From Oscillospiraceae bacterium (GTDB lineage Bacteria > Bacillota > Clostridia > Oscillospirales > Ruminococcaceae), in NCBI GenBank assembly GCA_031280965.1, contig JAITFZ010000015.1, forward strand, positions 78,323-142,322: 64,000 nucleotides of DNA, read 5' to 3'. A program made the translations under genes and the position numbers. Every line of letters starts with the position of its first letter. The stretch's first letter is position 1. The notes under the pieces are model-generated. The model was not told the origin of the DNA, made no database searches, and worked only from the letters and a program-made list of their open reading frames with translations. Of the stretch, positions 57,415 to 64,000 are shown one piece after another.

Positions 57415-60008
57415 GGCGGGCTATTATGAAGAAGAAGCAGAAGCTGAGACTGGGAACAAAGCTAATCCTTTCTATATTGGGTACCGCGTTATTAATCACG
57501 CTGGCTTATCAGGGGTACCTGACTTTGCGTTACCGCCTGCACAGGGATTACAGAAGTGTGCTTTCGGACAATGCGGATAATTGGGAATTTGAGGAGGGAA
57601 CGCCGTTTCTCGGCACTAAAGACCCCGATTCGCCCGACGGCATGGTTTTAGCCGCCCGGAATAATATCCTCAAGCTTTTCGTAAACCCTGATACAGCCGA
57701 AGCCGCTGTATTAGATAAACGAACGGGCGTCATGACTTATACCAACCCGCCCGAAGCGGCGAACGACCCCGTAGCAATCAGCGATATTAACAGGTCAATT
57801 CTGCAGTCGCAATTAATCGTGGATTACTTCGACACTAACCGCAGGGACGGCAGGTTCAACTCGTTTGACTTATCAACTTCGCTCGGGCAGTTTGAGCTTG
57901 AATCACTGAACAACGGCTTCCGTTGCACCTACACTATCGGCGATATGTCATATGAGTACGGCGTAGTGCCGTTATACATAACCCGTGAGCGGCTGGATTA
58001 TTTCCGCGAGAAAATGAGTACCAACGGCGCAAGAATTGTTGCCGGACGGTATATAGAATCAACAGAAGCTCCGGGTTTCCTTACACTGACCCCGGAAGCA
58101 CGCATCGGAAACCTTACCACCAACCAAACGCTTCGCACACTCAACGGGCATTTCACAGACGCCGGGTATAGCGAAGAAGATTTAAACGCGGACATGTCAG
58201 CCTCCGGCGTAGAAGGAGCAGTACCTCTCGGATTTGTCGTGCCGCTTGAATATCGGCTTGACGGCGACAGCCTTGTCGTCAGCATACCCACAAGCCATAT
58301 TACCGAAAAAGGCGGAGGCAGAATCAGCCGCATAGAACTTCTGCGTACATTCGGTGCGGGCGGTTCCGAAGAAGAGGGTTATATGATGGTTCCGAACGGT
58401 TCGGGTTCAATCATATATTTTAATAACGAGAAGACTTTTGCGGAGGAATACAGGCAGTATGTTTACGGATTAGACCCTATGATGTCCGAGTATATAATTT
58501 TAGGCAACAGTGAGCCGGCGCGGATGCCGTACTTCGGTATACAGCGTACCGGCGAAACAGCGCAGGGGATTTTAGCCGAAATCCAAGCCGGCGATACATT
58601 AGCTGATATTACCGCCGATACTGCCGGCAGACTAAATTCATACAATTATGTTTTCCCGGCGTTCACGCTGCGCGGTTCTATTTCGCTCGCGATGTTCGGC
58701 ACTACAGGCAACGAAGCTACGCTTCCCGTTGTTGAGGCGAATATGGCACAGGTCAATTTAACGGTACGGTATAATTTTCTTACAGATGAATACGAAGGCT
58801 ACTCCGGCATGGCGCGTTACGCTCGCGAACAGCTTATAGAGCGTGGTGTGCTTACCCCGAAAAGTGAAGCGGGAGATATTCCTTTGTACATGTCAATTGT
58901 GGGCAGTGCAGGGGGGCAAAGGCGCTTTCTCTCTGTCAGTTATTGGGGGCAATACCCCATGACGACTTTCGCGCAGGCTTCGGAAATCACCGATGTTCTC
59001 GCGGAAAACGGAATAACTAATCAGGTAATAAATTATCAGGGCTGGTTCAACCGCGGCTATTATAACGAAGTACCCGACAGAATCCGGCTCGTGCGTCAGC
59101 TCGGAAGCAGAAGAGAATTGGAAGCGTTGTCGCAGAGAGTTGAATCACGGGGGGGGAAGCTGTTCTTAGATACAACTTTCCAGCGCGTTTCATTTGCGTC
59201 AAGACGCTATAACTGGCAGCTTGAAACATCGCGTTATTACGGCGGCGGAATGGTAGCCGTACTCGGGCAGACCTGCCCCGATTGTTACAGCAACAGGGCG
59301 TCTTTAGGTTACGTAGAAACGTTGTATAATCTGCTGTCACCAAAGTTTCTGGGACGGTATGTCAATAATTTCATCAGGGCATTCAACAGTTATGATGTTA
59401 CGGGCGTTTCGCTTCGTGATTTAGGCAGCGACCTGCACTCAGACCGCAAGCGCACGGAGATGATTACACGCGAGGAAGCGAAAATAATCGTTTTAGACAG
59501 CCTCGGACGTTTGGAAGCGGCAAGTCCGCTGATGATTTCGGGCGGCAACTCATACTCCTTCGGGTTCGCTTCTGATTTCATAAACGTGCCAATCGCTCAT
59601 AATGAGTTTTACATAGTTGATGAAGAAATACCTTTCTATCAAATGCTTCTGTCGGGTTCTGCCGATTATGCCGGTCCGCCCATTAATTTAACCGGCGGGC
59701 TTGATGAGGAAGCTGTAATAGTCCGGCTGATTGAATTCGGCGCGTCACCGCATTTCGCCTTTACCGCAGAAAACTCAAGCGGCTTAAAGTACACCGGATT
59801 GAATCATGTGTACAGCGCGACTTTCAGCAACTGGTCTGATACTGCTGTAAGAATATACAACGCTGTTAACGAAGCGCTTTCGCAGGTGTCTGACAGCTTT
59901 ATCGTGAAACACGAAATTCTGCCCGGCGGGCGGCGCGTAACCTACGATAACGGCGTAGTCTTTGAAATAAACGGAAACAGCTTTACTGTAAGGGAGGCGG
60001 CTTGGTGA
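57411..60008 (+). CDS. DUF5696-type large membrane-anchored protein (possible glycoside-hydrolase-like fold)
   Basis: GYMMVPNGSGSII, MPYFG and YQGWFNRG; position between Yip1 and permeases is typical of this cluster. Confidence 0.7.
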   Translation: MRRAIMKKKQKLRLGTKLILSILGTALLITLAYQGYLTLRYRLHRDYRSVLSDNADNWEFEEGTPFLGTKDPDSPDGMVLAARNNILKLFVNPDTAEAAVLDKRTGVMTYTNPPEAANDPVAISDINRSILQSQLIVDYFDTNRRDGRFNSFDLSTSLGQFELESLNNGFRCTYTIGDMSYEYGVVPLYITRERLDYFREKMSTNGARIVAGRYIESTEAPGFLTLTPEARIGNLTTNQTLRTLNGHFTDAGYSEEDLNADMSASGVEGAVPLGFVVPLEYRLDGDSLVVSIPTSHITEKGGGRISRIELLRTFGAGGSEEEGYMMVPNGSGSIIYFNNEKTFAEEYRQYVYGLDPMMSEYIILGNSEPARMPYFGIQRTGETAQGILAEIQAGDTLADITADTAGRLNSYNYVFPAFTLRGSISLAMFGTTGNEATLPVVEANMAQVNLTVRYNFLTDEYEGYSGMARYAREQLIERGVLTPKSEAGDIPLYMSIVGSAGGQRRFLSVSYWGQYPMTTFAQASEITDVLAENGITNQVINYQGWFNRGYYNEVPDRIRLVRQLGSRRELEALSQRVESRGGKLFLDTTFQRVSFASRRYNWQLETSRYYGGGMVAVLGQTCPDCYSNRASLGYVETLYNLLSPKFLGRYVNNFIRAFNSYDVTGVSLRDLGSDLHSDRKRTEMITREEAKIIVLDSLGRLEAASPLMISGGNSYSFGFASDFINVPIAHNEFYIVDEEIPFYQMLLSGSADYAGPPINLTGGLDEEAVIVRLIEFGASPHFAFTAENSSGLKYTGLNHVYSATFSNWSDTAVRIYNAVNEALSQVSDSFIVKHEILPGGRRVTYDNGVVFEINGNSFTVREAAW

Positions 60009-60925
60009 AACTGAAAAAGCTTACATTGTCACAGAAAAAATCATTAAAGGGATTCCTGTTCGTTTCGCCTTTTGTCATAGGGTTTACAGCGTTTTACCTT
60101 CGCAGCTTAATCATGACAGTTCAGTTCAGCTTTTCTGAAACGATTATGCCCGAGGGTGCGGCGGCGGGACATTCGCTTTCGTTCGTGGGTTTCAGGAATT
60201 TCATCTTCGCGCTTACGGAACACGGCTCATTCACGCAAGATTTAACCGTTTCGGTTTTTAACATGAGCTTTGATGTTCTGCTGATTATATTTTTCAGCCT
60301 GTTCATGGCAATATTACTGAACCAGAAATTCCGCGGCAGAACACTAACGCGAGCGATTTTCTTCCTGCCGGTTATACTCAATTCCGAGGCAATCAACGAC
60401 GCGATTATTATGGCGAGGGCGATGATGGTGGGCGGCATGAGCCCTGTTTCAGCCGATGTTATGGAAGCTTCGGGGACGGCGGGAGTTAACGTGATGTATT
60501 ATATATACATGCTCAATGAATTAGGTCTGCCGGCGGGCTTGCTTGATTATGTGGTGGGCGCGGTGTCTCGCATAAACCTTATTATCACATCATCGGGCGT
60601 TCAAATGATAATTTTTATCGCGGCTCTGCAGTCCATCTCGCCTTCATTGTATGAAGTGGCGAAAATTGAGGGCGCGACGACTTATGAAACCTTCTGGAAG
60701 GTCACATTCCCGATGGTGTCGCCGCTAATCATCACCAATATAGTTTATACTGTTGTCGATTCGTTTATCAGGAGCCCTGTGGTTACGCTGTCCTACGAAA
60801 CAATTTTCACGCACATTAACTTCTCGCTCGGCTCTGTGTTCAGTTTGCTGAGCATGATGGTGGTATGCTTACTGCTGTTTGTCGTTTGTGCAATTATATC
60901 AAAGCGCACGTTCTATCATAATTAA
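60002..60925 (+). CDS. carbohydrate ABC transporter permease
   Basis: LYEVAKIEGATTYETFWKVTFP EAA motif. Confidence 0.92.
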   Translation: MVKLKKLTLSQKKSLKGFLFVSPFVIGFTAFYLRSLIMTVQFSFSETIMPEGAAAGHSLSFVGFRNFIFALTEHGSFTQDLTVSVFNMSFDVLLIIFFSLFMAILLNQKFRGRTLTRAIFFLPVILNSEAINDAIIMARAMMVGGMSPVSADVMEASGTAGVNVMYYIYMLNELGLPAGLLDYVVGAVSRINLIITSSGVQMIIFIAALQSISPSLYEVAKIEGATTYETFWKVTFPMVSPLIITNIVYTVVDSFIRSPVVTLSYETIFTHINFSLGSVFSLLSMMVVCLLLFVVCAIISKRTFYHN

Positions 60926-61954
60926 TTGAGGGGAAAAGCTATGCGGGTTTCTAAATTCAAGAAAAAAATACAAATAATATATGCCGAGAAGCAGTTAGGC
61001 AACGAGAGGCATCGCGTTGTGCGGCAATTCAAAGGTTTCTTAATGGCGATTTTACGCGCAATTCTCATAATAGGGCTGAGCTATGTCATTTTAGGGCCGC
61101 TGATTGGTATAATCGCAAATTCGTTTTTTTCAAACTCTGACAAGTATTCACCTATTATCTACCTCATACCGCAGAACCCGACGCTTGAACGTTACAGGAT
61201 AGCACTTCTTCGCATGGATTACTGGAACGTTATGCGTAATATGTTAATCTATGTAGCGGGCTTGACTGTTATTCAGCTTTTTATTTGCTCAATGGTGGGC
61301 TACGGTTTTGCGCGGTACACTTTTCCGTTTAAGAAATTACTTTTTGCCTGCGTTGTAATAATGATAGTTATACCCTCGCATACAGTCATGCTTCCGCTCT
61401 TTACGACATTTCGGGAATTCAACCCGTTTGGGTTAGTGGGACTGTTCAATGACGGGGAAAGCATTAATCTGCTGGGCGGTGGCTCCGCAATTGCGGGAGG
61501 AGTCCTTCCGATGTTCATTATGACCTTGTTCGGGTGCGGGTTGCGTGCGGGGCTTTACATATACATATTCAATCAGTTTTTCCGCGCTCTGCCCAAGGAG
61601 ATAGAGGAAGCCGCCGAAATTGACGGCGCGGGTACGTTTTATACGTATATGTTCATTATGATGCCGAACGCCAAACCGTCAATTATCACGGTGACAATTT
61701 TTTCAATCGTTTGGCAGTATAACGACACTTTCTTCACAAGGCTGTTTAATATAAACGACAACATCGCGCTGAGCAAGCAAATAACCTCGCTTTGGGCAAA
61801 CGTTGAAAACATAGACCGGGTGATGGACAGGTCGATTATTCAGTTATACGTGAACGCGGGTATAGTTTTAGTAATAATTCCCGTAATTGTTCTTTATGTA
61901 TTGTTGCAAAAACAGTTTATTGAGGGGGTGGAGCGTAGCGGAATAGTCGGTTGA
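60926..61954 (+). CDS. carbohydrate ABC transporter permease
   Basis: EIEEAAEIDGAGTFYTYMFIMMP EAA motif. Confidence 0.92.
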   Translation: MRGKAMRVSKFKKKIQIIYAEKQLGNERHRVVRQFKGFLMAILRAILIIGLSYVILGPLIGIIANSFFSNSDKYSPIIYLIPQNPTLERYRIALLRMDYWNVMRNMLIYVAGLTVIQLFICSMVGYGFARYTFPFKKLLFACVVIMIVIPSHTVMLPLFTTFREFNPFGLVGLFNDGESINLLGGGSAIAGGVLPMFIMTLFGCGLRAGLYIYIFNQFFRALPKEIEEAAEIDGAGTFYTYMFIMMPNAKPSIITVTIFSIVWQYNDTFFTRLFNINDNIALSKQITSLWANVENIDRVMDRSIIQLYVNAGIVLVIIPVIVLYVLLQKQFIEGVERSGIVG

Positions 61955-62001
61955 TTCAGTAACATTAAACCAAAAAAATTAATAAGAAAAGAGGAATCGA
62001 T

Positions 62002-63195
62002 TTGAAAAAAACAGCAAAAATCTGCGCGATGCTGCTTGCTTTCGCGTTGCTTACCGGTATTTTGGCGGCGTGCGGGGATTCGGCAGAAAGTTCCGACACA
62101 CCGAAAAATTTTGAAGGCATAGACTTCTCGAACGGGAACATAGATTTTCTTGCGCTCCACTATAAACCGTTTGACTCTTCGCCCGACGCGAAACTTGAGT
62201 TAGCGCAGTGGGATGGCGCTAACGCCGCTAAAATCACGCCCGACGGAAGTGCCCGCCCCTATATCGCCATCGATGCATGCAGCCTGCTCGGCGACCGCAT
62301 TTCCGATGTTGCCGTTATAGAGGTGCTTATGGGCATTGAAAACCCTGACGGCACTTTCCATGCCGTACAAGGTGAAATCTTAGCGTACAGCGGAGCAGAC
62401 CGCGTTGAATCCAAAAGCCCGTGGTCAGTCTTCATTGAAAGAGCAAACCCAAACACGCTTCGCATGGAATTGGAAAGCAATCGGCGCATGGTATCGGGCG
62501 AATACAACATGTTCATTATCAGGCGTGTTGAAGACAGCGCCTTAAAAACCGCGCTCCGGCTTGTAAAAGAAGCGGAAAACGAAGACGAGGAAGATGAATA
62601 CGAAACCATTGATGTCGGAACAGCCAGCAATCTGTACATTCTTAGTATAGGTTTCCTTGACGATGCGGGGAATTATTTGCCCGTTGATGCCGACGCGAAG
62701 TTCAACGAACCGGAAGGCTTTAACGAATCTTCGGTCAGGTACATTGAACTCGGCGAAATGAACAACATAAACAGCCCGACTCAATCAGGCTGGCTGACGG
62801 ATGGAACCGACAACAAAGAATCCCCATACCTCAGCGAAGACGTATCTGCGGCACAGCAGCTTGTCTTAGAATTTGCGTCGCCTCCGCGCGGAGAGATTCA
62901 GATTATTTGGCACGGTAACGGAAACGGCTGGGCTTGGCGCGAAATGGTTGTTAACCCCGGCGGCGATTTAACCGAAAGCACAATCACAATTAATCTGACC
63001 GAAATGGTCGAATACGATGAGTTCAAAGAAAGCGAACAAATCAAGCTGTATATAGGTTATTTCGGCTTCTCCGACCCCTGCACCAACTGCGATGATGCAA
63101 GCTGTGACCTGTGTAACAGAAATAACATGGTGGTAACCTCATTAACCGTTGCAGACCTTGGGATTACAAGGGCTTACCTTGTAATCAATGAATAA
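62002..63195 (+). CDS. hypothetical lipoprotein, two predicted beta-rich domains
   Basis: Lipobox LAAC; Trp-rich second domain; CTNCDDASCDLC insert. Confidence 0.8.
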   Translation: MKKTAKICAMLLAFALLTGILAACGDSAESSDTPKNFEGIDFSNGNIDFLALHYKPFDSSPDAKLELAQWDGANAAKITPDGSARPYIAIDACSLLGDRISDVAVIEVLMGIENPDGTFHAVQGEILAYSGADRVESKSPWSVFIERANPNTLRMELESNRRMVSGEYNMFIIRRVEDSALKTALRLVKEAENEDEEDEYETIDVGTASNLYILSIGFLDDAGNYLPVDADAKFNEPEGFNESSVRYIELGEMNNINSPTQSGWLTDGTDNKESPYLSEDVSAAQQLVLEFASPPRGEIQIIWHGNGNGWAWREMVVNPGGDLTESTITINLTEMVEYDEFKESEQIKLYIGYFGFSDPCTNCDDASCDLCNRNNMVVTSLTVADLGITRAYLVINE

Positions 63196-63222
63196 CCCGC
63201 TCTTTGAAAGGAGGAAAATTAA

Positions 63223-64000
63223 ATGAAAAAGAAATTACTTTGTTTATTATTTGCGGCGTTTATGATGCTCGCTATGGTGGGGACAGGGTGTAACGGCGAT
63301 AAACCCGACAGCCCGGGCGATGACGGCTCACCGCGCAGAATCACTGTCGGTACATGGTTCGATGTATATTATACGTCCGCTCATACCAGCCCTTACGACA
63401 ATCCGGAAGTAACCGACCCCGACTTAGCGCAGATGCAGATTGACAACATGCGCGCTATCGAAGAACGGTACAACGTAAGGTTTGAATTCGTTAACCTTAC
63501 ATGGAACGGCGTACAGGAGAGCATAGCAACCTCTATTATGGCGGGTATGCCGGACTGTGACATTTATCAGGCAGACTTGCAATTCGGTATACCGACTGTG
63601 CTAAGCGGTCTTGCAATCGGGCTTGAATCCGAGGCAATCGGGCTTGACCAAACCGCCGATGTGTTTAGCGACATGCAGGTTATGCGGGCGCTGAACCTCA
63701 ATCAGCCGGAAACATATTTGTTCGCCAGCTCGTTAGTCACAGCCTTAGACGTTTACCCGCTGTCATTCAACTTGGATATGATAAAGGCAAACAACCTCGA
63801 AAACCCGCAGGACCTTTGGGACCGCGGCGAGTGGACATGGGACAAGTGGCGCGAATATCTGCGTGTGCTGACCGATACGGACAGGGGTATTTACGGCTGG
63901 AGCGGCTACTGGAACCGCTTGCTTGAAAATCTGCTGTTCTCTAACGATACTACGATTGCTTCCGGTCCCCGTACAACCGTCACAGATTCCCGCACGATTC
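63223..64000 (+). CDS. extracellular solute-binding lipoprotein, truncated by the window end
   Basis: AAAGGAGG RBS; MKKKLLCLL...VGTGC lipobox; IEERYNV.FEF, PDCDI, FNLDMIK and GEWTWDKW. Confidence 0.85.
   Translation, partial: MKKKLLCLLFAAFMMLAMVGTGCNGDKPDSPGDDGSPRRITVGTWFDVYYTSAHTSPYDNPEVTDPDLAQMQIDNMRAIEERYNVRFEFVNLTWNGVQESIATSIMAGMPDCDIYQADLQFGIPTVLSGLAIGLESEAIGLDQTADVFSDMQVMRALNLNQPETYLFASSLVTALDVYPLSFNLDMIKANNLENPQDLWDRGEWTWDKWREYLRVLTDTDRGIYGWSGYWNRLLENLLFSNDTTIASGPRTTVTDSRTI

Overview
Chromosomal window from a spore-forming Clostridia-class bacterium. Gene content suggests an Oscillospiraceae/Ruminococcaceae-like hemicellulose degrader; this is inference only. Housekeeping genes: proS, aroA-aroC-chorismate mutase, aspS, dapL, valS, rqcH, trmK/Nif3, two M42 peptidases and yloC. 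Carbohydrate loci: a xylan/galactoside cluster (GH10, two GH43-like paralogs, GH4) and a large beta-mannan locus (GH26, GH130, 2-epimerase, cupin isomerase, phosphomannomutase), followed by a ~13.5 kb ABC/NHL/Yip1/DUF5696-type uptake cluster. The most striking signal is two sporulation genes present only as 5' halves. spoVAD stops at ~19815, at an att-like imperfect dyad 56 bp past the stop codon of an intact large serine recombinase. cotJC stops at ~32236, just before its first Mn-ligand codon. The two halves face outward from a 12.4 kb block and are followed by housekeeping DNA, and I found neither 3' half in the window. This fits a programmed, recombinase-driven long-range rearrangement that reassembles sporulation genes, but decay or misassembly is not excluded. 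Other observations: an unannotated 50-aa ORF (candidate directionality factor), a 33-aa Arg/Trp-rich peptide ORF, a three-copy modular TATACTAAAATCC repeat, a palindromic bidirectional promoter, an atypical sigmaA-driven orphan flagellin and an IS5/KilA-N chimeric relic. I saw no rRNA, tRNA, CRISPR array or phage structural genes.
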